From Cryomorphaceae bacterium (GTDB lineage Bacteria > Bacteroidota > Bacteroidia > Flavobacteriales_D > SKUL01): a DNA stretch of 64,000 bases. The DNA lies in NCBI GenBank assembly GCA_007695365.1, contig REDV01000092.1, positions 114,708 through 178,707 on the forward strand. Direction: 5' to 3'. This document shows positions 44,338-54,054 of the stretch, in pieces. Within the stretch, counting starts at the first letter, position 1, and every line of letters begins with the position of its first letter. Both the position numbers and the translations under genes were made by a program. The notes beneath the pieces were generated by a model. It worked only from the letters and a program-made list of their open reading frames with translations, made no database searches and had not been told where the DNA came from.

Positions 44338-45810
44338 CTAATAGTACACGAGTCGCTGAACTTTGGCGATGTGTTTCGCTAGTCGCAGCACTTGTTTGGT
44401 GTAACCAAATTCATTGTCGTACCAAACGTACAACACGATGTTCTTTTTGTCGGGGCTCACGATGGTGGCCGGTGAATCGTACACCGAGCAACATGTGTTT
44501 CCGATAATGTCGCTCGAAACGAGCTCCTCGTCAATGGAGTAGTTGATTTGATTTACCAAATCTCCACGCAACGCTGCATCGCGCAGGTAACCGTTTACTT
44601 CTTCAAGAGAGGTCTCGCGGTTCACTGAGAGGTGCATAATGGCCAGTGATCCGTTCGGGGTAGGCACGCGAACAGCGTTGGCCGTAAGTTTGTCCTTCAA
44701 TTGAGGGATTACCTTCGTAACCGCACGCCCGGCTCCGGTTTCAGTGATTACCATGTTGATGGCAGCAGAGCGACCACGACGGGTTTTTTTGTGCATGTTG
44801 TCCAACAAATTCTGGTCGTTGGTGTATGCGTGCACTGTTTCGATGTGACCTTTTTCGATGCCTATTTTTTCTTCAATCACATTGAGCACAGGGCAAATAG
44901 CATTTGTTGTGCACGAAGCGGCAGAGAACAACTGCGTGTTGTCAATGTCTAATTCCTTGTGATTGATACCGTAAACGATGTTAGGCATTTCTTTCCCCGG
45001 AGCGGTAAGAAGAACTTTGCTTACACCTTTTGCTTTCAGGTGGCGTCCGAGTGATTCAGCATCAGCAAATTTTCCGGTGTTGTCAATCACAAGCGCTTTG
45101 TCAATGCCATAAGCGGTGTAATCCACATCCTCAGGTTGGTCAGCACAAATCATTTGTACTATCTGGCCGTTGATGATGAGTTGCTCGTTGTTGAGGTCTT
45201 CAACCACAGTGCCGTGAAATTCTCCATGCACAGAATCGTTTCGCAGGAGGGCGGCGCGTTTAGAAATCATGCTCTTGTCACGATCGCGGGTAACGATAGC
45301 CCGTAAACGCAGTTGTTGTCCTTTACCTGCTTGTTTAATCAATTCGCGCGCAGCCAAGCGACCAATACGACCAAATCCGTAAAGCACAACGTCTTTAGGT
45401 TCAATATCGCTGCTGGTTTGGTGACCAATAAAGTTGGCCAATTTGCTGCGAAGAAATTCCTCTTTTGAGGCGAACTGAGCTTTTTCGGTAAGCCACTCGT
45501 TGGCAAGGCGGCCGATGTCAATCTTGGCGGGTGCCAGGTCAAAAGTGAGCAGAAGTTCGGCCAGCTCGGCTGAATCATACACCTCAATCGGCCGGTTTAC
45601 TACCTCGCGGGCGTACACGTGCAGGTTGAGGATTTCAGAGATGTTGGTATCGAGCAGAGGATTTCTGAACAATACCAATTCGACAGACTTTTCATACATC
45701 AGTTTGCCGATTGCGTGCATAAGACTAATGGCTGCCCGTTTGCGGTCAACCCAGTCTTTCAACTCGTTATCGTAGGTAGATTTACCTGCGTCCAACGTTT
45801 CAGTTGCCAT
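44338..45810 (-). CDS. gap: Glyceraldehyde-3-phosphate dehydrogenase, long form with N-terminal extension
   Basis: GFGRIGR Rossmann motif and the active site SCTTNAICP. About 130 extra N-terminal residues are present. Confidence 0.9.
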   Translation of the reverse strand: MATETLDAGKSTYDNELKDWVDRKRAAISLMHAIGKLMYEKSVELVLFRNPLLDTNISEILNLHVYAREVVNRPIEVYDSAELAELLLTFDLAPAKIDIGRLANEWLTEKAQFASKEEFLRSKLANFIGHQTSSDIEPKDVVLYGFGRIGRLAARELIKQAGKGQQLRLRAIVTRDRDKSMISKRAALLRNDSVHGEFHGTVVEDLNNEQLIINGQIVQMICADQPEDVDYTAYGIDKALVIDNTGKFADAESLGRHLKAKGVSKVLLTAPGKEMPNIVYGINHKELDIDNTQLFSAASCTTNAICPVLNVIEEKIGIEKGHIETVHAYTNDQNLLDNMHKKTRRGRSAAINMVITETGAGRAVTKVIPQLKDKLTANAVRVPTPNGSLAIMHLSVNRETSLEEVNGYLRDAALRGDLVNQINYSIDEELVSSDIIGNTCCSVYDSPATIVSPDKKNIVLYVWYDNEFGYTKQVLRLAKHIAKVQRLVYY

Positions 45811-45832
45811 GAAAGATTATTTAGGGGGTTTA

Positions 45833-46696
45833 TTATCCCAGGTAAGACTTCAGCAGTTTGCTGCGTGAAGTGTGTCGGAGACGCTTTATTGCTTTCTCCT
45901 TAATTTGCCGAACGCGCTCACGGGTGAGGTTGAACTTGGCACCGATTTCCTCCAGTGTCATGCCGTGCGTTTTACCAATTCCGTAGAAGAGTCGAATTAC
46001 TTCGGCCTCTTTGTCGCTTAAGGTTGATAACGAACGCTCAATTTCCTTTACCAATGATTCACTCAACAAATCGCGGTCTGCTTTTGGAGAGTCTTCATTG
46101 ATCATTACATCGAGCAAGGAGTTTGATTCACCTTCCTGAAAAGGAGCATCCACAGACACGTGACGGCCCGAAACCTTCAGTGACTCGGCAACCTTTTCGA
46201 TGGGCATGTCAAGTGCTACCGCCAATTCATCCACAGTAGGAGGGCGGTCGTATTCCTGCTCGAGCTTGGCGAACATTTTGTTGATTTTGTTCAACGAGCC
46301 TACCTGATTCAGAGGCAAACGAACAATTCGCGATTGCTCGGCCAAAGCCTGAAGGATAGACTGGCGAATCCACCATACGGCGTACGAGATGAATTTAAAT
46401 CCGCGTGTTTCGTCGAAACGTTGGGCCGCTTTAATCAATCCGAGGTTACCTTCATTAATAAGATCCGGAAGAGAGAGACCTTGATTTTGGTATTGTTTTG
46501 AAACAGAAACCACAAAACGAAGGTTGGCGCGGGTCAGTTTTTCGAGGGCTGCTTGATCGCCTTTTTTGATGCGGCGGGCCAATTCTACTTCTTCTTCTGC
46601 GGTGATGAGGTCTTCTTTACCAATTTCGTGGAGGTATTTGTCGAGCGACTGGCTCTCACGATTGGTAATGCTTTTGGTGATTTTTAGTTGTCTCAT
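45833..46696 (-). CDS. rpoD: Primary RNA polymerase sigma factor (Bacteroidota sigma A type)
   Basis: [40 protein letters not shown] and [20 protein letters not shown] (regions 2 to 4). At 287 aa it lacks region 1.1. Confidence 0.95.
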   Translation of the reverse strand: MRQLKITKSITNRESQSLDKYLHEIGKEDLITAEEEVELARRIKKGDQAALEKLTRANLRFVVSVSKQYQNQGLSLPDLINEGNLGLIKAAQRFDETRGFKFISYAVWWIRQSILQALAEQSRIVRLPLNQVGSLNKINKMFAKLEQEYDRPPTVDELAVALDMPIEKVAESLKVSGRHVSVDAPFQEGESNSLLDVMINEDSPKADRDLLSESLVKEIERSLSTLSDKEAEVIRLFYGIGKTHGMTLEEIGAKFNLTRERVRQIKEKAIKRLRHTSRSKLLKSYLG

Positions 46697-46750
46697 GTGG
46701 TTTTTTTATCCGTGTGAGTGATGGTGTAGCCCCCCAATCATATATCCCGG

Positions 46751-46758
46751 CAAAGGTA
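46751..46758 (-). promoter_or_regulatory. Candidate -7 box (TACCTTTG) for rpoD
   Basis: The minus strand matches TAnnTTTG, 55 nt upstream of the ATG at 46696. Confidence 0.4.
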
Positions 46759-46811
46759 CGCTTTTATTCTCTTGCAATCAAGAGCAGGCTCTGCCGAAAT
46801 GATGGCAATGT

Positions 46812-46847
46812 AAAGGCGACAGGAGGGGAGCCCATCGCCTTTTTTTC
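46812..46847 (-). terminator. Hairpin downstream of htrA (probable terminator)
   Basis: AGGCGA-15 nt-TCGCCT. The T-run is strong on the plus strand (7 T) and weaker on the minus strand (TTTAC). Confidence 0.4.
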
Positions 46848-46943
46848 AATCAGTCTGTCTTAACTGAGGAGACTTTAGGTAATTAGAGTTTACGGTTTCC
46901 GTTTTTGTGTCTCGCAGGCCAGCCGATTGATGATTTTATTTTT

Positions 46944-48410
46944 TTAGAGTCCGAATCCATAGTAGGCCAAAGAGCCGTTGGGATACATTCCCTCAATGAG
47001 CACGCCGCCCCGGCTTTCTTTCAGGATATTACCAACATCCTCGGCAGTCTTTACTGGTTTTTTGTCAATTCGCGTGATAATAAAGCCGTTTTTAATTCCG
47101 GCCTTTTGAATGGACCCGTCCGTGATATTATCAACCACAACACCTTGCTTTATGTTTAAGCGGCGCAGTGTGTTGCCATCTGCCTCTTCGAAAGTAGCCC
47201 CAAAGGCTGCAGTGACCACATCATCTTCACGACTCCTCATTTCAGTGCTACCGTATTGGTTTCTGAGGGTGAGGTTAAAATACTTTTGCTCTTTACCGCG
47301 CATTACTCCCACTACCACGCTATCGCCGGGTCGGAACCTCGCAATTTGCTCCTGAAGCTCCGTAACGTTGCGAATATTGGCGTCGTTTACCTTGGTTATC
47401 ACGTCGCCCACTTTGATGCCGGCTTCGGCGGCTGCACCACCGTCGGTGAGTCCACGAACGTATGCACCGCTGCGACTTTCGAGTTTTTCTGCACGCGCCA
47501 GATCTTCAGAGATGTTGGCAATAGATACTCCCACAAAGGCGCGCTGTACCCTTCCGAACTCAAACAAGTCGTTGGTCACTTTTTGAACGATACTGGCAGG
47601 GATGGCAAATGCGTAACCGCTGTATGAACCGGTTCGTGATGCGATGGCCGTGTTGATTCCAATTAAATCTCCGTTAATGGTTACCAGCGCACCTCCCGAG
47701 TTACCCGGATTTACGGCGGCGTCTGTTTGAATAAACGATTCAATGGGAAACTGATCATTGCCCGGATCGTAGCGCAGCAAATTGAGATTTCGGGCTTTGG
47801 CACTAACAATACCGGCCGTCACGGTAGATGTGAGATTAAACGGATTACCAACGGCCAACACCCATTCGCCAACCCTAATATCATCGGAGTTTCCAAAGGT
47901 GAGGTAGGGGAGTTCGCTATCGTTAATTTTCAGCAGGGCTAGATCGGTTGATGGGTCCGTTCCAACCACCATCGCCTCATAGGTGCGCATATCGTTCATA
48001 GTAACCTCAATTCTGTGTGCTTCGGCAATCACGTGGTTATTGGTTACGATGTATCCATCGGGGGATATAATGACCCCCGAACCTGCTGATCGCGCCGGCT
48101 CACCCTGATAGTAGCGGCGGCCTCCAAAGAAGTCGCTCCAGGGATTGTAGTATGTTGGTGGCACAGATTCGGTAGTAACGTGCACCACGGCGTGAACCGA
48201 TTTTTCAGCGGCATGCGTAAAATCCATGGAGCCGGGAGGAATGGAAGCGTTCGAAACCGGAATGGTTTGAAACGGATGGTACTCCACCAACTGCGATTTT
48301 GGATTGTCATTTTTGTTAACGACCAGGTCCCCGCCTAGCCAAACAAAGCTACCTGCGGCTACAAGCCCACCCACGGTGGCAATCAAAAGGGTTGACCAAA
48401 TTTTCTTCAT
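46944..48410 (-). CDS. htrA: HtrA/DegP-family periplasmic serine protease with two PDZ domains
   Basis: TNNHV, DLALLK and GNSGGAL form the catalytic triad contexts. Two PDZ-like segments follow, and an N-terminal anchor is present. Confidence 0.9.
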   Translation of the reverse strand: MKKIWSTLLIATVGGLVAAGSFVWLGGDLVVNKNDNPKSQLVEYHPFQTIPVSNASIPPGSMDFTHAAEKSVHAVVHVTTESVPPTYYNPWSDFFGGRRYYQGEPARSAGSGVIISPDGYIVTNNHVIAEAHRIEVTMNDMRTYEAMVVGTDPSTDLALLKINDSELPYLTFGNSDDIRVGEWVLAVGNPFNLTSTVTAGIVSAKARNLNLLRYDPGNDQFPIESFIQTDAAVNPGNSGGALVTINGDLIGINTAIASRTGSYSGYAFAIPASIVQKVTNDLFEFGRVQRAFVGVSIANISEDLARAEKLESRSGAYVRGLTDGGAAAEAGIKVGDVITKVNDANIRNVTELQEQIARFRPGDSVVVGVMRGKEQKYFNLTLRNQYGSTEMRSREDDVVTAAFGATFEEADGNTLRRLNIKQGVVVDNITDGSIQKAGIKNGFIITRIDKKPVKTAEDVGNILKESRGGVLIEGMYPNGSLAYYGFGL

Positions 48411-48648
48411 AGCTTTTCCTATTTAATACCGAGATTTTTTTGAAATGCTTTTCCGTCCTTACTAACGCATTCAGGACGATTGTATGACATCAAAATGCAT
48501 ACAACTTGCATGATGAGTTGTGTTAATTCGTGTTAAGTGTTACATAAAGAGAGGTGTAGCGCCTTTTTTTAGATGTCGGCTTCCCTCACATTTTGGAGCA
48601 AAAATCATACCTGCTACTTTACATGAGCAACCTTGTAAGCTGAATACC

Positions 48649-48656
48649 TAATTTTG
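48649..48656 (+). promoter_or_regulatory. Candidate -7 box (TAATTTTG) for dapF
   Basis: Matches TAnnTTTG, 10 nt upstream of the ATG at 48667. Confidence 0.4.
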
Positions 48657-48666
48657 CAGAAGCTGT

Positions 48667-49467
48667 ATGGAACTTGCATTCGAAAAATACCAGGGTACGG
48701 GCAACGACTTTATTATCATTGAAAACCGGTCTAAATCATTTCCTGTTCACGATGTAAATGTCATTCAATGGTTGTGTCACCGACGTTTCGGAATTGGCTC
48801 AGATGGGTTGATTCTAATAGAGCCTGACGAAGTGGCAGACTTCTACATGAATTTTTTCAATCCCGATGGTTCACAGAGTTACTGTGGAAACGGAAGCCGC
48901 TGCGCAGTTCTTTTCGCACATTCGCACGGTTGGGTTGGAAATCGTTGTTCATTCAGGGCTATTGACGGCATGCACCAGGGGTTTGTAGATGATAACGGAT
49001 GGATTCGTATTTCTATGAATCCGGTTGCTTCATGTGTGGAGAACAACTCAGATTTTCAACTCAACACGGGCTCACCACACTATATTCGATTTACGGGTGA
49101 TGTTGAGCACGCAGATTTGATTGATGTGGGACGAAGCATTCGATACAACGATACCTTTCGCGAAAAAGGAATCAATGTAAATCTGGTGCAAGAGCTCGCA
49201 GAAGGCATACTTCGAATGCGCACGTATGAGCGCGGGGTTGAGGATGAAACCCTGTCGTGCGGCACGGGTGTTACCGCGGCTGCACTTGCTTACAGATTGA
49301 AAAGTAATTTTCAGGATGAGGTAATCGTTCAGACCAAAGGAGGTGAGTTGAAGGTGCAGGCTGATGCGGATGACAATCGGGGATTTCATAACATTTGGTT
49401 GTCCGGACCTGCGCGAAAAGTATTCTCGGGATTTGTTGAAACGAAACACTATCATGATTCAAACTGA
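48667..49467 (+). CDS. dapF: Diaminopimelate epimerase
   Basis: GTGNDFIIIEN, both catalytic Cys contexts (YCGNGSRC and LSCGTG). Confidence 0.9.
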   Translation: MELAFEKYQGTGNDFIIIENRSKSFPVHDVNVIQWLCHRRFGIGSDGLILIEPDEVADFYMNFFNPDGSQSYCGNGSRCAVLFAHSHGWVGNRCSFRAIDGMHQGFVDDNGWIRISMNPVASCVENNSDFQLNTGSPHYIRFTGDVEHADLIDVGRSIRYNDTFREKGINVNLVQELAEGILRMRTYERGVEDETLSCGTGVTAAALAYRLKSNFQDEVIVQTKGGELKVQADADDNRGFHNIWLSGPARKVFSGFVETKHYHDSN

Positions 49468-49984
49468 GCGACTTATCCTAAGGGCATTGGAGCCGGCGGA
49501 TGTTCACGCATTGTATCGTTGGGAAAACGATGTCGAGAACTGGTTGGTGAGTCATACCACCAAGCCTTTTTCACAAGCAAGCCTTGAACAGTTCATTCTG
49601 AACATTACGGATATCTATTCCGACAAGCAGTTGAGGCTTATGATATCACTCAATGACGACGACTCAACCATTGGCGCCATTGATTTGTTTGAGTGCGATT
49701 TTACACACCTGCGCGCCGGAGTGGGTATTTTAATTGGAGAAAAAGAAAGCAGAGGTATGGGTTACGGCAAGGAAGCACTGGACGGACTGGCTACCTATGC
49801 GCGCGAAGTTTTGTTTCTTCAACAGCTATATGCAGATGTGCTGGCCAATAATGTGGCTGCCCAACGACTTTTCGATGCTGCGGGATATGAACAAACCGGC
49901 ATTCGAAAAAACTGGATTCGCACATCTGGTGGCTGGCAGGATTTAATTTTGATGACCAAGAAACTGCATGGCGAAAAAGAATAG
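49454..49984 (+). CDS. GNAT family N-acetyltransferase (RimJ/RimL-like)
   Basis: MIQTERLILRALEPADV... and RGMGYGKEAL (acetyl-CoA binding). The ATG at 49454 overlaps the dapF end. Confidence 0.8.
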   Translation: MIQTERLILRALEPADVHALYRWENDVENWLVSHTTKPFSQASLEQFILNITDIYSDKQLRLMISLNDDDSTIGAIDLFECDFTHLRAGVGILIGEKESRGMGYGKEALDGLATYAREVLFLQQLYADVLANNVAAQRLFDAAGYEQTGIRKNWIRTSGGWQDLILMTKKLHGEKE

Positions 49985-51038
49985 CTCCTCCAGACCCCTA
50001 ATGAGACTCGCCGTTGCCCTTGTGCTCCTGTTGCTGGTGGTGGGGGGCGTCAAGCTCTTCTCACTTTACAAACGTGTTTACTGGCCCAATGTGGCCATTG
50101 CGCAACAGAGCAGCGGATACCTTTATATACCCACAGGAGCTAGTCTCGAAACAGTTGCCGGACTGCTGGAGCAGAAGGGATACATACTAAACCGACACAC
50201 TTTTGAGTGGGTGGCCGAACGAAAAAACTATCGGGGCAACCTCATTGTTCCGGGGAAATATAAGCTGCAGGATGGTATGAGCAACCAGCAGCTCGTTGAC
50301 CATCTGAGAGCCGGAAATGGCCGACTGGAGGTAAAGCTCACATTCAACAACCTGCGAACACTCGAAGAATTGGCCGGTAGAATGGGCAGCCAGCTTGAAC
50401 CCGATTCGGCCGATTTTCACTCTGTGCTGTTGAGCCCTGATGTGATGGCCCACTACGGCTTTAACCGCTCTACCTTTGCTGCCATGTTTATTCCCAATAC
50501 ATATCATCTTGATTGGGCAAGCAGTACAGAGTCGGTGATGACCCGAATGGCCGAAGAGTTCAAAAAATTCTGGACTCCTGAACGATTGCAGAAAGCGCGG
50601 GCTCTAGGCTTGAGCCAGTCTGAAGTGGTAACCCTTGCGTCCATTGTGCAGGCCGAGCAGCGCCTGAGACCCGACGAGCACAAGCGAATTGCAGGTCTCT
50701 ATATCAATAGGCTGAGAAAGGGCATGAAATTGCAGAGTGACCCAACGGTTATTTTTGCTGTGGGCGATTTCAGTATCAATCGCGTTCTGTACAAGCATCT
50801 TGAATACGACCACCCTTACAATACCTATAGAAACGTAGGATTGCCCCCAGGCCCCATCCTTTTCCCCGACGTTGGAGCTGTTGATGCTGTGTTAAATGCA
50901 GAAGAACATAACTTCATCTTTATGTGTGCCCGGGAGGATTTCTCAGGATATCACTATTTTTCAACCAACTTAAGAGAGCACAACCGGTATGCAGAGAAGT
51001 ACCGAAGGGCTTTAAACGAACGAAAAATCTACAAGTAA
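49968..51038 (+). CDS. mltG: Endolytic murein transglycosylase MltG (YceG family)
   Basis: N-terminal TM helix, ASIVQAE and YNTYRNVGLPPGPI signature motifs. Confidence 0.9.
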   Translation: MAKKNSSSRPLMRLAVALVLLLLVVGGVKLFSLYKRVYWPNVAIAQQSSGYLYIPTGASLETVAGLLEQKGYILNRHTFEWVAERKNYRGNLIVPGKYKLQDGMSNQQLVDHLRAGNGRLEVKLTFNNLRTLEELAGRMGSQLEPDSADFHSVLLSPDVMAHYGFNRSTFAAMFIPNTYHLDWASSTESVMTRMAEEFKKFWTPERLQKARALGLSQSEVVTLASIVQAEQRLRPDEHKRIAGLYINRLRKGMKLQSDPTVIFAVGDFSINRVLYKHLEYDHPYNTYRNVGLPPGPILFPDVGAVDAVLNAEEHNFIFMCAREDFSGYHYFSTNLREHNRYAEKYRRALNERKIYK

Positions 51039-51039
51039 G

Positions 51040-52434
51040 ATGAAAATCAAGTTCGGAACGGATGGTTGGCGGGCTGTCATTGGCAAGGAATATACCTTTT
51101 ACAATGTGGCGCGTGTTTCGGAGGGCGTAGCGCGTTGGCTCGATAAGACTCCCGGAGGTGGTGAAATCATCATCGGTTATGACTGTCGCTTTAACGGGAA
51201 GCTTTTTGCGATGGAAGCGGCCAAGGTGTTGGCGCATAGAGGATACCACGTTCGCTTGTCCGGTGATTTTGTTTCTACACCTATGGTGTCTCTGGCCGTT
51301 TTGCAGCGCGAAGCACGATTGGGAATCGTAATAACGGCCAGCCATAACCCTCCCGAGTACAATGGATACAAGCTAAAGGGTAGTTTTGGAGGCCCCTTAC
51401 CCCGCACAGAAGTAGATGAAGTGGAAGCCTTGATTCCCGATCGACTTGACTTTGATCCGCAGGAGCTCAGTTTTGAAGATCTGCTTCAAGCGGGCTGGAT
51501 CAAGGAAAGCAATCTCGAAAAGAAATATCTGCAGCACGTTCGCGAACACTTTGACCTGGATGCCATTGCACATTCAGGGTTCAGGTTTGCTTTTGACGCC
51601 ATGTATGGCTCCGGTCAGCGGGTGTTAAGTCAGTTATTGCCCGATACCGAATGCCTGCACTGCGAATACAACCCCTCTTTTAAAGGTGTTCCTCCCGAGC
51701 CTTTGGCCCGCAATCTTCAGGAATTTCAGCAGTTTGTTTCAGAGAGACCTATAGATTGCGGCCTGGCAACCGATGGAGACGCAGACAGGATTGCGCTGGT
51801 GGATGCGGACGGGCGGTTTATTGATGCTCACCACATTATCCTTATCCTGATTCATTACCTGAAAGGGTACCGAAAGTTAGATGGAGGGGTGGTAACCGCT
51901 GTCAGCTCCAGCAACAAAATTGCGCAGCTGTGCGAACACTACGGGCTCCACCTCGATGTGGTAAAAATTGGGTTCAAGTACACAAGCGAACTCATGCGTA
52001 CCAAAGATGTTCTTGTGGGTGGCGAAGAATCGGGAGGCATAGCCGTTAAAGGCCACATACCGGAGCGTGATGGAATATGGATGGGCTTGATTATTTGGGA
52101 ATTCATGTCCCGTACCGGAAAAACCCTCCGTCAAATCATTGACGAAATATATGCACTGGTAGGCTCTTTTGCCTTTGAGCGAAGGGATCTCAGGTTGTCG
52201 GAAGAAGCCAAGCAACGAATTGTAAACAACTGTGAAAATGGAAAGTACTCTGCTTTTGGCGAGCACAAGGTTCAGCGGGTTGATACACTTGATGGCTTTA
52301 AGTACATTTTGAATAGCGATACCTGGGTGATGATTCGGCCTTCGGGTACAGAGCCTGTATTGCGGATGTACGCCGAGGCACCCACCCGTGAGGAAGTAAC
52401 CGCATTGCTCGATACGGTTATTGAAAGTGTGTAG
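51040..52434 (+). CDS. Phosphoglucomutase/phosphomannomutase family protein
   Basis: TASHNPPEYNGYK (phosphoserine loop), ATDGDADR (Mg site) and GGEESGG. Confidence 0.9.
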   Translation: MKIKFGTDGWRAVIGKEYTFYNVARVSEGVARWLDKTPGGGEIIIGYDCRFNGKLFAMEAAKVLAHRGYHVRLSGDFVSTPMVSLAVLQREARLGIVITASHNPPEYNGYKLKGSFGGPLPRTEVDEVEALIPDRLDFDPQELSFEDLLQAGWIKESNLEKKYLQHVREHFDLDAIAHSGFRFAFDAMYGSGQRVLSQLLPDTECLHCEYNPSFKGVPPEPLARNLQEFQQFVSERPIDCGLATDGDADRIALVDADGRFIDAHHIILILIHYLKGYRKLDGGVVTAVSSSNKIAQLCEHYGLHLDVVKIGFKYTSELMRTKDVLVGGEESGGIAVKGHIPERDGIWMGLIIWEFMSRTGKTLRQIIDEIYALVGSFAFERRDLRLSEEAKQRIVNNCENGKYSAFGEHKVQRVDTLDGFKYILNSDTWVMIRPSGTEPVLRMYAEAPTREEVTALLDTVIESV

Positions 52435-52436
52435 TA

Positions 52437-53180
52437 TCAACTTTTCAGCAGCCCAACTGAGCGCAGAAGTTTTTTCCCAATCCACCTGAAGTATTCCGTA
52501 AAAGAAGCTTTCCCGCTGAGAATTTTTTCCAATCGAGCGGCCTTGTAACTGTACATGTCCGGGTGGATAGCCTCGAAGTTGGGAGAAAAGTTGCCTGATT
52601 TATCAGTGGCAAAGGCTTGCCCATTTCTCGTGTAAACAAACACATTTTGGCGATACCAAACCTGAATCCGTTTGTCTCCCCATATGGCGGGCCGGATAAG
52701 GTCGTGTTGTTGGTATCCGTGTTTGGCAAAAAGCTCAGCCCAGTATGATGGCCACTGCTCATTCAAATGATTTTGCCCTCCCTGAAATGGAATTGCCGCA
52801 CCAAAAACCACAGTGTCGCTACTTTGTACAATGTTGTTCACGAAGGTTTCAGCGCAGTCGGGGTGAATGTGTTCTCCTACTTCGAAGCTAATAGCCAAAT
52901 CGTACTTTTTATTCAGATTCACCGGCGCTCCTAAATCACATTCCCGAAACGAGGATTCAGAAATGTTTTTTCTCAATTTCTCCCTGTTCACCCAGGAGCC
53001 GTCCAGCCCGAGCACATCTTCTATCCCTTGCTCGTTGAAGACCCGAAGAAAAGTCCCGATTCCGCAGCCAAAGTCCACCACGCTGTTCGGTTTAAAAAGC
53101 TCCATAAGCACAGGAACCATTGCACCGGGCGACTCCATGTGATGGAGCTTTTCATCATGATGGTATGTTACTTTAGCCAT
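52437..53180 (-). CDS. Class I SAM-dependent methyltransferase
   Basis: VVDFGCGIGTF (motif I) and DLAISFEVGEHI. Confidence 0.8.
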   Translation of the reverse strand: MAKVTYHHDEKLHHMESPGAMVPVLMELFKPNSVVDFGCGIGTFLRVFNEQGIEDVLGLDGSWVNREKLRKNISESSFRECDLGAPVNLNKKYDLAISFEVGEHIHPDCAETFVNNIVQSSDTVVFGAAIPFQGGQNHLNEQWPSYWAELFAKHGYQQHDLIRPAIWGDKRIQVWYRQNVFVYTRNGQAFATDKSGNFSPNFEAIHPDMYSYKAARLEKILSGKASFTEYFRWIGKKLLRSVGLLKS

Positions 53181-53881
53181 TTCGGACGTTCTTCAGAATG
53201 AATGACTTGTTGCCTTTTTCTTAGGTTTTTCTCCCGACGCGAACGCAACATTTGGTAAACCCCAGGCAGTTTAACGGAGTCTATCCATCTGGACAGAATG
53301 CGTTTCCAGGGTGAATGAAAGTAGTCAATGCTGCTTTTAAAAGGCTCAGCATCTATTAGACGAGGAAAAACGCAGCGCATGCTATTGAGCAGACCATGCT
53401 CGTAAAAATAACCCCAGCTGTCTGCGCTCACGCGAATTGGGAGAATTCCATTCACCAGGCGCTTTGCAGCCGCAAGGGTAATCATGTATGCGCCGGTAGT
53501 AATGGGTTGATGAATGTTAACCGGATAACACAAGTGGTGCTCGCCTTTGTAGTTGACAGATTCATGTGTGCTGATATTTAGTGTTTTGTGTGATTGGTAG
53601 TACAGCATCACTACTTCGTCCGTTTGAAGAATTGGAGCCAATGCTTCCAGGTGTTCATTGAGATTCTCAGGCAATACCATGTCATCCTCAAGAATAAGGG
53701 CAACGGGCGTTTCTTTCATCACCATTTCCTTGTAGATATTCAGGTGCGACAAGGCACAGCCGATTGCCCCCTTCGTTAGCCATGTCGGATGTTTCGCCAG
53801 AGCCTCAGCATCGCAAAGCTCTTTTATATCCCCTTCAGTCAAGTGATTGCCAACAACCGCATCACACATGGTGTACTGCAT
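53168..53881 (-). CDS. Glycosyltransferase family 25-like protein; the conserved N-terminus appears to lie upstream of the first ATG
   Basis: LTKGAIGCALSHLNIYKEM and ALILEDDMVL motifs. The in-frame upstream sequence encodes NIPTYVVSLASATRRREHIELQL with no ATG, GTG or TTG. See the finding at 53882..54040. Confidence 0.65.
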   Translation of the reverse strand: MQYTMCDAVVGNHLTEGDIKELCDAEALAKHPTWLTKGAIGCALSHLNIYKEMVMKETPVALILEDDMVLPENLNEHLEALAPILQTDEVVMLYYQSHKTLNISTHESVNYKGEHHLCYPVNIHQPITTGAYMITLAAAKRLVNGILPIRVSADSWGYFYEHGLLNSMRCVFPRLIDAEPFKSSIDYFHSPWKRILSRWIDSVKLPGVYQMLRSRREKNLRKRQQVIHSEERPKWLK

Positions 53882-54054
53882 ATTTGCTTTGCGTAACTGC
53901 AGTTCAATATGTTCTCTTCTACGTGTAGCACTTGCGAGACTTACTACGTATGTCGGAATGTTATGTGTTGCTTTTGAAGTGATGGAGAAATGAGTTTTAA
54001 ACTTGGCGGCTATGCTGCTTTGGGAGCGAAAGGTACAGAATCAGAAAAAAACGC

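Noticed and set aside
46799-46847. A candidate plus-strand small RNA ending at a hairpin with a 7-T run, lying between two minus-strand genes.
   Set aside because: The same hairpin sits 100-130 nt downstream of the htrA stop and just upstream of the rpoD promoter box. The simpler reading is an htrA terminator with bidirectional character. No plus-strand promoter box was found. Strand-specific RNA-seq could reopen this.
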